A stretch of 63,825 nt of DNA, filler included, from Intoshia linei (Eukaryota; Animalia; Orthonectida): assembly GCA_001642005.1 (NCBI GenBank). It is 8 parts of 8 records of this genome, joined end to end, with 100 filler letters (N's around TTAATTAATTAA, not from the genome) between each part and the next. Parts side by side here need not be neighbours in the genome. Positions count along the whole stretch, not along the records: positions 13,951 to 36,676 come from LWCA01000582.1; 7 more parts are not named here. One strand, given 5' to 3'. The notes under the pieces are model-generated. The model was not told the DNA's origin. It ran no database searches and saw only the letters and a list, made by a program, of their open reading frames with translations. Shown here one piece after another: positions 17,047-31,100 of this stretch. Both the position numbers and the translations under genes were made by a program. The first letter of the stretch is position 1. Every line of letters begins with the position of its first letter.

Positions 17047-20000
17047 ATGAATTTAAATTCTGATTTTATTCAGCAAAGCATCAGATTACTCAGACTAAAC
17101 AAAAAACCTCAAAAATATCGATCAAATACATTAACAAAATCAAAATTAAAACGACAGCTACAAAAAAATATTAAATTCATCAATGATTACTATTCTGGTA
17201 CATTTGGTTCAAGCAAATTATCCAACAATCCTATTTCACCAAGTTTATATATATCTCAATCGTTCCTGATAGGTCAAATACACAAAAACTTACCAGAATT
17301 AAAAGATATTCACTGTATTAACGATGAACCTAATGATACGATCATACCAGTGGCCACAGAAGGCTTAGAAACTGTTCCTAGATCTATTGAACGTTCAGTC
17401 GATTCTGAAATAAATCATGATTATCCTAAATCTGTACCCAATGAATCTAATGACACAAACCAGTTAATAAAACGTCAAAATTTATTTAAGATCGATACAC
17501 CTCCTTCAGTAGGTTACAAACATTTATGCGTGGAAACTCTTAAAATGAACGATCTTAATGACTATTTTATTTTTGATGTGCCTTCTCAAGAACGCAAATG
17601 CAAATATCATTTGTATGCCCCAGGATATTTTATTCGAAAAAGCAATACATTTTTGTCTATGGCCAAGTTTCGATCGTGTCTGAATACAATTGGTTCAGCC
17701 ATATTTACTAAAAATATGAAAGATGTAGTGGCCAAGTTAAACTCAATTAGCGAAAGTTATAATCTTGCATTTTCGTTAGGTTTGACTGGGAATAGTGCTA
17801 CTATAACGGGAAACTTTTTTTGTATTGAATTTGAATTTAACCATAAAGGTTACCCCATTTCAGTAACAGTACGGAACCGAGCAAAATCTTTCACATCACA
17901 AAAATTGATTAAAATGATTCGTCGTAACAATTATGAAGAGTTGGTTGAACATATCAAAGGTTTTAGTATCATCAATGAATTTTCTCTAAATAAAAATTCT
18001 AAATCGATTTGTATTAAAGCTTTGGACGAACTGGAAACTGATTTGACTGGTTTGCAGGACTTTCAATTGTAATTTTATTTCTTATTAAGTTTTACATTTT
18101 TAGTGATGGAAATTTAATGGAAATAATTCATTCAACTCCTATGGGTGTTTTAATTCCCAGAGAATCATTAGGTACTTGTATATTTTCTGAAGTAATCCCT
18201 TTTTAGGAAAACCATTACAACTTGTCTACTTTTTACCGCCATCCAATCCAATTTCGAATAAAAATACATTAAATACGAAACAAAAAATTTCAGGTTGGTC
18301 ATTTATTTCTTATTTTAATTATATTTAGCATTGAAATCTATAGATGTTGGGTTTCGTGTTAATATAGAACTAGGAATGCATCCATCAAATTGTATGCTAC
18401 AAACAAGTCGCCTTTTAGCGAGAAGTATTACACCAGATGGACACGAAATTCCTGTTTTCATGTCTCACAATGCCTCGAATTGTAGTTTGGTTCCGGCAAC
18501 CTTTGTGGCAAAATTGAATAAACCAATCCCAATGATTTATTCCATTTACGTAAAAATTACAAAGGATATTGGGTTTGATTCAAACTTGAGTGATTCCTAC
18601 AAAGATTCTTATTTGAGCCTAATGCACGAACAAATGAAAATGGATAGTAAGATGTATGAAAAACTTTACACAAAAAAATGTATTAATAGTGATAATTTTA
18701 CGTGTGATTTGAATGGTATTTTAATCGATAGAATTAAATTAAATCATCCGAGAAGTATACCTTTAATAGTATTGATGCTACGAACTCAAGCTCATCTAAA
18801 CACCTTAATTGTTAATTTACACAATTTTAATGATATTCCACCCGAGTATCATAAAATTGTTTCTTCTATACGTGTTGACATATTGGATTATAATCACCTT
18901 ATAGTAGAGTTTATGCATCCTCAGTCTTTAGATTTTGTTGTTATAGATTTGCACATAATGGGTGCTTATGATTACTCGTGTAAAATTGAGTATGGAGAAA
19001 TAAAAGAAACTGTTAAGATATGTGATGATTTTTTAAAAAAACTGAAGGAAACATTATCCCTACCTTTTTGTGTTGTACAATTGCATAATTATTTCAAACG
19101 CCCAGATTCCCAAAATGAATTATCTTTTTTGAAAAACAATTTAAAAAAAGTAAAGATATGTACAATGTCTCCAGAGGATAGACAGGATTTTGAATGGATC
19201 AAAAACATTTTAAAAAGGATTGATCTGAATCAACATCAGAACAGAATGGAATTGAATCGTCTCAATTATTCAAAAAGTGAAAATTCTAAATTTATCAAAT
19301 CTGATATTTTAATGAATTTAAACAACAAAACTTTTAAAAACGCCACTAGCTTTAACAGTTGTAATTACTTTTTGAATCCCATATATTTCAATTATTTGAA
19401 AAAAAGAGCAGTTGAAATTATATCGTCTATTTCTAAAAAAATTAACTTGGTGGATTTCATTACAAATACAAATTTACCTGAAAAAGAACCAAAGTCTCTT
19501 TTTTATTATTACTCTAAACGAATTTGGACCAAAAAAAACTATGAACTGCAAACACAACATTCAGATGTAGGTTCTTCCAGGAATGACAGCTTTCCTGGTA
19601 AGGACACTGAATTGGGTGCTACAACAAAGCGAAAAACAAAAAAAAGGAAAACATCTTCAGATATTGGACCTTTAAATGCAAATGAGAAAAATAGTCTTGA
19701 TGAAGCTATCAGCGCACAAACCAAGCCTCCCAAACGGAAATATACTCGACGGAAAAGTAAAGATTCTCCTGCAGATAAACACAGTGGTAAAATTGATTTG
19801 GATGAAAGGCAGGATGATTTGAAAATATACAATAATTCCTGTTCGATGGAAACTAATGCTGATAAGCAAAACGAGGGAGCTTCTATCAGTTCAATTGTAA
19901 TTTCTCCAAATAAATTTTGTAAAAGTTTACAAGATAATAGTCAAATAAATCCTAATAAACTGGAAATGGATCAGTTGCAACCGATTAAAAAAAAGAGAAA

Positions 20001-22380
20001 ATATAGACGTAAAAAGGATGTTGAATTAAAACCGAATTCTAATAAATTGTCTTTTAATCACAATTTAAGTTGCGATGTTCACCCTAATGTATCATTTGAT
20101 TCATCTTCGGACTTTTCTAACAAACTTAAAATAAGAAATAGAAGTAAAGTAACTCGTATTGTTGAAGAAAATTCACCAGTTTTTAACATTGAAGATTATA
20201 CCTTGCCACCTAATTGTGATGTGAATATTGTCAAGTATTTTATGAAAGAAATAGAGCTTACCAGCAAGCCGAGGCGACCTGGTCGCCCTCCAAAACCAAA
20301 AACTCTGGCTAAACGTCAGATGCAAAAATTTAAAAGTGCAGTTAAACTCACATTGCAATATCAGAATAAAACGGAACAAAAAAATTCGATGCAAAAGCGA
20401 GATTTTTTTGTTAATGATGAAAGTAGTGAATCGACGAGTCATATCACCAATAAAATGGAACCCATAAACTATAAGCATAACGATATCTATGACGGTAATT
20501 TTACTAGTCGTAAGAGAAAACCAGAAGAAATTCAGCAAGGTTTGAATTTATCGAGTAAATCTGTTACTTTACTGAATTTTGAAGAATCTGATAAAATAAA
20601 AGAAGAATTTGAATCACATAATGTAGAAATTTGTCGTAGTTCTAAATCGATGAAATTGAGTCGAAACGAATTAAAACACAAATCTATTGGTAAATACATG
20701 GATTTACCAATTGAATACTATAAGAACTTGGAAAAACCAGAAATAAATGATAATGAGCATTCTGATTTTGACGAAAAAGAATGTTTAGAAGAAGAAAAAT
20801 TGGGTATTGATCAAAATGATACAATATTGGAAAATGAGAATTTACCTAATATAGAAAATACAGATTCCGATGATAAAATTTTAAATGTTTACCGTATAAA
20901 ACCAAATGTGAGTGAAATTTCTAATATAGGTCTTGATAAAGATATTAAAAAATTGAAAATATGCATTCAAGTGACACCAAATTCAACTAAGAAGCAGAAA
21001 ATTGAAAAAATGATTATGTCAGATGAAAGTAACGTTCAAAATGATTTTGATAGCAAAGAAGAATCTTTTGAACTTAAACCAGTTGTGCTTAATAAAATCG
21101 AATCGAGTAAAAAATTGTCAATGATCTTAGACAGACTTTCAAAAAATGATTCAATTAAAACTAAAAATCTCTCTCAATCAATTCCTGATTCTTCAAAATT
21201 TCAAACCTCTTCGTCTAAAGAAAATCAATGCAATGAAAGCGTTGAAAAATGCATCGCAGGTCAGTCTAACAGCCCTGAAGGGAACTCTAGCCGTCAAAAA
21301 ATTTCATTATTGCGTGTGATTAATGATTTGACAAATAAAATGAATTCACCCAAAAACACCAAGAAGAAAAGCACCAGTCAAGGTATATAAATCTGCAGTT
21401 CTCAAACAAATTTTAAATAATAAAAGGGTTTGAGAACATCTGCGTAGTATTGTATGCTATATTTTAATTAGAATTGATGAAAAAGGTTAGGTTGTTAGAC
21501 GATCCGAACAAGGTTATTTTTCTATTTATTTTTAATGGTTAAGTCTTTATCGTTGACTTACTTATGTATATTGTTTATAATTTAATTATAGGTTGCTCCT
21601 CTGGTGAAAAATTCAATGAATAAAGATGATGTAGCCAATAATAGTAAGTTAATAGCTAAGAAATTTAAAAAAGTGGAAATTAGCTTAAAAGATAATACTC
21701 AAATTCCTCTACATAATCACACAAAGAGTGTTTCAACTAAGTCTAATTGTTCTTCTAATGTTCCACAAAAGAAAAAAACTTTTATTGACAATCTTTTTAA
21801 AAAAAGTGAACCTTCTTTGTTGGAAAAGGTTGGATACGAAGCAGAATTGAAAAAACTGAATGAACTAAAGTACAAATCTCCTCTTGTTAAAAATAATACT
21901 AATACAGATTATAAAAAAGACAATTTTCTTAAAACGCCAAATTTACGCTATGATAACCAATTCAAATTGAAAAATTCTTTTAATTCTGATCGTAGTAAAT
22001 ACCAAAATCATTATTATTCTAACAATGAAAGTGACAATGGTTATAAAGGTATTAAATACAATACTCCATTAAAACCAGTATTGTCAGATATCAGAAGGTA
22101 CAACTTTAACAATCGAAATTTAGGCAGATTTAATAGATCATTTCGATATGATAGAAATAATAATAAGAGTGAAAATACTCAGTTTAAAATGCATAATTAT
22201 AAAAATGATGTAAACCCGAGAAAAGTATTTCAAGAAAATTCGTTTAATGTTCGAAATAACCGTTCAAATAGATATAACCAACGACATTTCTATTCAAATT
22301 ACAGAAATATGCATAATCGTTTTTCAAGTAAAAACAAAAAATATAAGTCTCACCAATCATCCAATTCAAAAATGGATTAG
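17047..22380 (+). CDS. MED1: Mediator subunit 1 (exons ~17047-18068, 18104-18171, 18207-18293, 18329-21382, 21471-21511, 21592-22380; a short upstream exon from ~16913 is possible)
   Basis: Med1 domain: SCLNTIGSAI...VAKLNSISESYNL...ITGNFFCIEFEF; PLIVLMLRTQAHLNTLI; VEFMHPQSLDFVVIDL...SCKI. Long Lys/Ser-rich disordered tail; downstream exons join in phase. Confidence 0.85.
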
Positions 22381-23461
22381 GAACCTTACTCTAATACTTA
22401 ATATTAACCATTTGTGTTGTTTTTTATTTATCAGAAATTGTAATAAATATTAAATTTCTATGTCTATGTATTTCCATTTGTTTATTATACATATTTGGGT
22501 TAATTTAAATATTTATTTTAACTTTGGTGTCGTTATTTTTTGATTATGAAGTTTAGGAATTTAATAATATAGAACGGGGTTTCTCAATCTTTCTCTGGTA
22601 GACCGCAAATATTTTAGTGAACTTATATTAAAATCGATCAATGGATATATTGACTTAATCATTTATTCATATTCTTCAAGGACCGCACAAAATTATGCAT
22701 GCGGCAGTTGAAAAAATTAAGATATGAAATATATACTTTCTGATAATGTTTCGTTCTAATTGAGTACTTTAGATAAACAATAATTCTGCCCATTTAATAA
22801 ATTAAAATAATTGAATGTATTTTTTATTTATTTTTTTTATGATTGCACCAAACAATTTAATAAATTTTTATATTTTGAATTGTGAATCTTATGACATTTT
22901 AATCGTATTCCATCACAAATAAATACCTTATTTTAATCAAAAATTTTTGTCTGGATAAATTTTTGAATAAAATTCATGAAATATATATTTACATTTGAAA
23001 TGAATAATTCTATATTTTTGTGAATATTAGTACTGCCAATTTAGACAGTCTGTATGAATACATATTGAATTAAAATTTAGTAAATATAAAAAAAACAGGG
23101 ATATCAAGTATTTTGAAAACATCAATAAATCATTAAATACAAATATTGCATAATTAAATCTTTCTCAGTTGAATAATTCGTCTGTAATCCAGTCAAACTG
23201 TTTTTAAAATTAAACTACTTTTAATAGCTATTGGCAAATATATTGTGTTATATATGATATATTAGTATTCCATTTCAAAATCAATTGCTGTATCTATGCT
23301 ATACTAATGATTATCAGATTTTGTCTGATTTCATGAAATATACAATACCAAGAATATTATCTTATAATATTTATTAGACATACATGTCTAGACATACGCG
23401 TCCTTTGTCGAATACATAAATTTTAAAATCATTTTACATTTTTAACACAAATATTTGTGGT

Positions 23462-24464
23462 ATGTTTCTATTATTTGAAAAATTGAATAACAAAAAAACC
23501 AAATTAAAATTACAAAATGTTTTTTCTAACAAAAGACCGTTATATAAATATTTTTCAAAAGTATCAGTGTATAAACCACCAAAAAAATACAATAAACATA
23601 AGGTAGAAGTTAAAATTAAATTAAAAGTCGAATTCCCGAATGATTAATATTATTAGAATATAATTTTCGATGATTATAGCGAACCATGTGACTTTACCAA
23701 ACTATTCAACATTGGAAAGAGAAATATGATGATGATGTATGATCATTTTTATAATAAACCATTTGAAAAAGAAGGTAAAAAATGAAAATATTCATTTCAG
23801 TATTTTTTAGGTGTTAAATATCAAAAAAAGACCAATAATGAAGCTCTTTGTAATCGATGCACATGCAAATTTGAAAACCTTGATAAGAATATCAAATCAA
23901 ATAGAATTGATCGAATAATTACAACAAATATGGTTTAATCGTACCGACTGTGATAATTTTATTTAGAATTTTCAAAATTCCCTCACAGATCCGTCCAAAA
24001 AAAGTATTTATATTAGAAAAATAATTATTTTATAAATATCTTAGAATCAGAATGTACTATAGGAATAGATGGGTATGCAAACGATATAGTCAATCAGAGG
24101 TTTGAAAAAATTCTGATCAAAATTAATATTACCATAGATGGTTTAAAAAGCATTCTTCCAGGTATGATTCAGAAGCATTTCTCAAATACAAAGAAATTGG
24201 GTGTTTCATTGTCAGAAAATCTGAAAGTATGGATTCCGAATTGTCTTTAAGTGTCAGGTACCCAATTTCAAATGTTTATGATTTAATGTAAATTTTAGGG
24301 TTTCGAATGGATTTGTACATTTAAAAATAACTCAAGATAGTAAATTAAATTATATAATAGGAAAGCATGGTCAATCATTTACTTCAATTGTTCAAATGAT
24401 TGAACATTATTCTGAAATAGGTTTACCTGTTAAAGGATATTTGAAAATTATGTTGAAGCATTGA
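23462..24464 (+). CDS. Hypothetical multi-exon protein with C-terminal KH-like motif
   Basis: Six phase-consistent GT-AG exons ending ...SKLNYIIGKHGQSFTSIVQMIEHYSEIGLPVKGYLKIMLKH*; start uncertain. Confidence 0.55.
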
Positions 24465-26080
24465 TATGTTAAATGAAATAATTAAATACATTTTTATACA
24501 AAATTGTTATTCTAGATAATATGTAAAAATTAGTGGCAAGATAAGGTTATTATGTACAAATTTACATGTTGAATGTATAATATTCAATATGTTCAATTTT
24601 AAAATATTTAATATTGAATACATTTATTCATCGAAAACAACTACAGAATACCATAAATCACGTGTATAAAATATCTTATATATCTAGTATGTTGACGTGT
24701 GTAGTATAAACAATGCATGAAACATTTAAATTTTAATTCTAATTAACAAAATAAATCTAAAGTGTCTTTTTTGTATACAATTATAAATCAATTTATTACG
24801 CGGTGAAAGCTTTCGATTCTGAGTAAAAGCTACCATATCCTTTTATTTAATTTTATAATGTTTCACCGTGTCATGATTTCACTGTAACCAAAACTAAAAA
24901 ATTTTTTTTCATTTGCTCTACTTATTAAATTATATTATTGATATATAAAAATAAAGAAAAAAGTGTCTAAGTCACATCAAGTCTCAAAAATAATATACAG
25001 ATAATTATCATATTACTCAATAATACATTACATGACAAAACTCGTATGATGTTTATTTATTTTCTTATAATTATGTGTATAAATTATATGTATATATGCT
25101 ATGCATTATAGTATAATGCATGGCATATATTATTTAAATTATCTATTTAAATACTAATTTATTGAATAATTGAAACTGGAAAACTAAAATGTTGTGTAAC
25201 TTCGGTATATATATTTACAAACAGTATACTACAATTTTAATCTTAATTAACATTGTTCAATTTTTAGACGATAAATTAGTTTTAATTTTTATAATTAACA
25301 TTATAGTCGATGAAATAATTTCCGGTTGAGAAAATATTTTAAAGCTTTTTAAACCTGTGAATGTGTGATTATTATATATGAGTATAAGTATGAAAACAGA
25401 TTATGAACATTTTTTTCTATTTATGAAGAGCCAAACATTGCAAAAAAACACCTAAGGTACCTACGACAATATTTTTTTAGAAAGGTTTGTATGGAAAATT
25501 TTATTTTTACGGCCTACCGTAAAAACTAGAACTCGATGAGTAGTGCTAACTTGAAAAAGTTTCAAAAATTTAGCTCTAGGATGCGTGGATATGTTTATGA
25601 ATATATAATATTTCTTGGTAATATACATTTCATAAAGCAATCAGTTCTGTGATACCAGTGTTGACTTAATATATTTTAACATTCATTAATGTGTTCCGTC
25701 ATGGTATTTTTATCTATTAAGCTGAAAGGATTAATTTAAAAAAATGTCTTATATAATAATTTAGTCACCAAAAAAAAGTCAGTGTATGAACCAATCCTAA
25801 ATTGAATTTACATTGTTTACTCTAAAACAATGGTTTTCAATTTTTTTGTGTTCGCAACCCCTTATAAACATAAATTCGTAATCCTAAAATTTTCCAGATA
25901 GCCATCATCATCATCATCACATCTATCAGCCAGATTTCTTCTGCTAGAAATGAAACTAGCATATATCATTTTATCAAATTATTATTATTATTATCGCGAC
26001 TCACCCATGAAAAAAATTCTATTATCTATTAATAATATCAATATGAAAATCATAAATAAAAATAATTTTAATTTTAACAT

Positions 26081-27896
26081 TTAATTCGTATTCTCGTTTT
26101 TACTTTTTATGGCAATGATTAACTTTTGAGAAAATAATGTAGCATTATCTAAAAATATATCATGTAATTAAAATATATCTAACTGATCATGTTCACTATC
26201 ATTTTAGGTTTTTTGATCTTCAGAGCAATATAGTAAATAGGAATACCAGACAACATAATAAATAACGCTGATAGTGTTACTATGGGTGTTGTAATCAATG
26301 GAACAACTATCAAATATACCGCAATTATTAAAAATAATATTGGTATTATAATACTAAGCTAAACAGAATTAATAATAAATGTACATAATTAATTGTAATA
26401 ATTAATAATACATTGTATATAATTAATATACCTTAAAATCAGATTTTACTTTTCTTTTTTTCATTATTATGACTGAGGCAACCGTAATCGTATAGAATAT
26501 AGTGATAGGAAATATAGAAAAATTTATTAGATTATTTACATTACCAATTGATATCATAATAATTGACGTGAGTGCCTAAAGAATGATTTAATTTAAAAAA
26601 TGTTTAGATACCACAAATAGCAATGAAGAAATGGGGGTAATTCTGCTTATATTAATGGTGGATAGCATAATAGGCATGTGTCCGTTTCTTGCAGCGACGA
26701 AGAATAACCTAGAAGCTGTTAAAATAGCGCCATTCAATGATCCAAACGTGGACATTGATACACATAGTGTCATAATCCAAGTATATTTTGGAAACAATTT
26801 TTCGATAAAAGACTAATTGTATGAAAATAAAGATATTTATAATAACTTACCACACCCACAGCTCTTGAATTTTGAATTTCCATTGGACTTAACACAACAA
26901 AATATGCAAGATTTACGGTGCAATATAAAAGAGTTACGACTATGAGAGAAATAATAATAGCTAGTGGCAAATTTCTAATTGTATTTAAATTTAAATATAT
27001 GTCACATTACCTAACTGGATCTTTAATTTCTTCCGTGACATAATTCAAATAATTCCTAAATTAATGAATATGTGAATTATGAAGATTACCATCCTGAATA
27101 GGAAAATAAGCCGGAATATATTGCTAACGACATTGGTCCCAAATTATAATCACTATTTATAAAAGAGAACGATTCAGCACTAACATGGCCTTTATAAAAT
27201 GTAAATATTGGATAAATTATATTTACTCGTTGCTGCTGCATAAATTCCAACGGATATAATTCCAATCAAAGCGGCAACTTTTGTAAACAGAAATATATTT
27301 TGAATTCCCGTAGAAATTTTGACGCTATAACAATTTATTGCTGTTATAAAACCTAATATATATTAAATTTGAAAAAATTATGAATTACAAACAACGAGAA
27401 TAGCAAGAATGGTGCTAACGTAGGATGGTTCTTGACAATCAGGAAAAATAGTATTAAGTATGTATTTTCCAAATGTTATTGCCATTATAGCGTTAGATGT
27501 CGGCATATTTATAATTGTGCTAGTCCATACAATAATAAAGGCTGGAATTTCTCCAAATAATTCCAATGCATATGAATATTCACCGCCACTCTTTTGAATC
27601 ATTAACCCCAATTGCGCATAACAGAGCGCACCCAATAACTTTAAAAATAATTAAATTAACTTATAATTTCATAAATACGCAAATTATTCCACAAATGAAC
27701 CATATCAACAATGATAATCCTGCCTAGATTTTAAATATGTTTAAATGTATTATTAAATAAATTAAAATTTTACCGATTTCACATTTAAAACTATTCCTAT
27801 GGGAGAAATAAAAATCCCAGATCCAACTATTACGCCTACAAGGATAGACACTCCATCAATCAATCCCATTGATCTTTTTAAATTGGTATTTTTCAT
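26081..27896 (-). CDS. SLC7 L-type amino-acid transporter light chain (LAT/y+LAT/b0,+AT family), multi-exon
   Basis: LKRSMGLIDGVSILVGVIVGSGIFISP; GALCYAQLGLMIQKSGGEYSY; GLFSYSGWNYLNYVTEEIKDP; STFGSLNGAILTASRLFFVAARNGHMP; SGIPIYY. Confidence 0.93.
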
Positions 27897-28424
27897 TTAG
27901 AATAATTATTAATAATTTAATGTTACTATTTTTCTATCTAATATACTGATTTTTATAGTGTCATTAATAAATCATATTTAAACCTTGATTTCTGAATATA
28001 TAAAAACAAAAATTAATATATCATAATTGATTGAATTACAAAATTTTATATTTAATTTCACAATACTCCTCTTAATGTTGGAAAATTAAATATACTTATA
28101 TAATTATAATTGAAACTTGTGCATATGTTTGAAGTTGTCATATTATATAATTAAATTTAAAAAAATTTCAATTATGCTTTATTTTTTTTTGGCAGTTTCA
28201 CTTTCAACCAAACAATTTATTATTTTAAATTCAATAGTTTGGCCCATTCTTTTTGATTTTAATAAAATATGATGTCGCAATAACCAATATATATAAAAGT
28301 CATATTTTTGTTTTTACAAGCATTTGTTTTATAGATTGTTGTGCTAGTTTAAGTTTATTAAATACCGTACTAAAAATTTTATTTATAAATTTTTGTATAT
28401 TAAAAATTCTAACACACCACTGTG

Positions 28425-28998
28425 CAGGGATTGAAATTAGTTGATTACAACTAATTTAATTGCAATTAATTGGTAAAAAGTATTAAAACAAAATCAATTA
28501 CTGGTTTGTTCAAAAAATATTTTTCAATTAATTGAATATTGATAACAACATCATAATCATTTTAAAAAAACTGTCATGTGATTATAATCAATTATACTAG
28601 GATGCTGTTTGTCCGAAATACATAACAGCCAAGCTAATATGTTGAATAAATCATTTTTCTGGTGACAAACGCGTTTCTATTTTTCTAAAATTGCATATAA
28701 TAATGAAAATAAAAGTTGTTAATATTTTATTTCCAAAAAATTATTTAGAAAATATTTTTATATTATTTATTTTATTTCTTCTTTCAAATTTTTATATAAA
28801 ATTGTTTTTGATAAAATAATTTTTCAACTACATAAAAAAATTTAATTAAATTTTTCATCCAACCATTTGTCAATAAAAGGATTGAATTTATTTTTTCAGT
28901 TATATGAAAAAACCAATTAATTGAAAAATAAAAAGATAATTTTCAATTAATTGGTTTATACAAAATAATTGATTGCAATCAATTATATTCAATTCCTG
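28425..28998. mobile_element. Non-autonomous hAT element with AATTGATT subterminal repeats
   Basis: TIRs CAGGGATTGAA / TTCAATTCCTG; degenerate 8-bp TSD ccactgtg / gcactttg; contains a Helitron-terminus fragment at 28596-28637. Confidence 0.6.
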
Positions 28999-29427
28999 GC
29001 ACTTTGTATGTAATTATTAATAAATTCAGTGTAACTATGTGTAAAATATAAATTGTATATTTTCATATTTCAATTTCTAATTAAAGTAAATATTATAATA
29101 ATGATGTGTAGTCACAAAAATAAAATTTTAAGTAAACAATTAATCATTATTTCTCTTCATTATGAATTGTATGATTTTAACTTTTAGTTTACATTGTTTA
29201 ATAATTTTGTAAGTGAAAAATAATTCACTGCGAGTCAACCGTTCAGTGTCAATCTATTAAAATGTATAGTTTATTAATATAGGTCAATGGTTTTGAAATA
29301 CCATCATCAATACTTTTGAATTCTATAATGTATTCTGTAAAAACATTATACCTATAAATATATGGTAACTGTTTTTTAAATCATTTTGAATCCACGGACC
29401 CGAAAACATTTAAAATCATATATACAT

Positions 29428-30537
29428 TAGGGTGTTAACTTTTTTCTAAAAACAAAAATACAGGGTTATACAGGATGAGAAAAAAAATTCTAAGAACAGT
29501 GGTACCATTCGTTAAGCCTAAATTTTGAAAAACATCGGCCTGCTCCAAAGAAATAGTTTTCATAAATAAGATGTATAACATTGTGTGTAACCTTGCCATT
29601 ATGTTTATATTATTTAATCAAATTGTCATTTCTATTGACAACAATCTTACTTGTCCGCAAAAAAAATTAAAATAGGTCTAATTAATGACAAAAAAATATT
29701 AATTTCTCTTTATTCTATATTCAAAATTTAATCAGTAATTGGTAAATTTTTTTTTGTATCAAAATAATATAAACGTAATATAATTAACATAAATCACTTA
29801 ATGAAATTTAACTCAATGAAAAAATAATAATTATTTTGATTTTAATCAAATTGTAATGTTTCATGTCTCCCATATTCTATTTATAAAATAAAAAGAACCC
29901 TCAATAAATGTGTACATAAAGGTTGACAGAAGTATAGGTTAGCATCATGTAGATATCTTTGAGAAGCAACATTTTTAACAAAACTGTAATTCGTATATAC
30001 AATCTCACAGAAATTATACAACACGGACATAAGGTTGATGAAATTTTAAGGAAGCCAAATTCGTAACTGTTAAACCCATACAAGTTGTATGGTTGTAAGT
30101 TGTATCATAATGATACATTTAAAAAAAGTTTGTTGCATCATATGTATATTTTTTCAATGTTATGTTCTACCATAGAATTCACTCCTAAAGAGCAACTTTA
30201 CACTTCTATTAAAAAAATTCATTTATACTATTTCTCAGATTCATAACGGGGTGAAATAACAACAGTACCATAAATACTTTCAAATGCCTACAAAAACTAG
30301 ATCGGTTACATGCATTGCCGCTGAATTAGATAATGACACCGTTAATCGACTTGAGATTAATAATAATCATAAAAAATGATACAATAAATAAATAAAAAGT
30401 ATAATAATAAATTTCAGTTCAAAATATTATGGCCATTTTTAAATTGCAGAGCAGGCCGATGTTTTTGTAATAATATTAAAAACAAACACCGCAGATATTT
30501 TTAATTACTAAAATTCGATCATAAAGTTAACACCCTA
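29428..30537. mobile_element. Non-autonomous hAT element (1.1 kb)
   Basis: Perfect TIRs TAGGGTGTTAACTTT / AAAGTTAACACCCTA; perfect 8-bp TSD atatacat; inner inverted motif AAAACATCGGCCTGCTC; a related end at ~49730. Confidence 0.85.
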
Positions 30538-31100
30538 ATATACATTTATAAATTATTTAGATAATCATATAATTTAATTGTATATGGCCATAAGATAAGA
30601 TGCGTTTAGAATTTTATCTAATTAATAATATTATCAGAAAACTTTAAATAAAGCCACACTCAAAAAAAGATTAAAGCCGTTTTGGTAATATGTAAAAATT
30701 TTATGTTAATTTTTCAGTCTCCTATTCACATCTACGAAATATATTTATATATCGTGTATATTATACACGGTATGCATAAATATACAAGAACATGGCATGA
30801 TAAAGATGTCATAAATTGAACACGACACATACAGGTTTTATTTTAAAAATATAGAATCTAGATTAAAACAAAACACGGAAAAGAAAGTATATGTCATTAC
30901 AAAATAAGGAATAATAATACTGCTTTTACCCAAAACTTTTTCATGTTCTTATATTAATCCTAGACATTAAAATGTTCAATACATAATTAAACAGACAGTG
31001 AAATGTTTGTCACACACATATTTTTGTAAAATTAAAACTATTCATTTAATTTTTAATGCCTTAATTTTGTGTCATAAATAATTACTATGTTCTTGTAAAG

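Noticed and set aside
19539-20538. Antisense ORFs within MED1 (likewise 8158-8469, 26631-26816, 43106-43339, 54321-54518, 61607-61843)
   Set aside because: Shadow frames of real genes or TEs.
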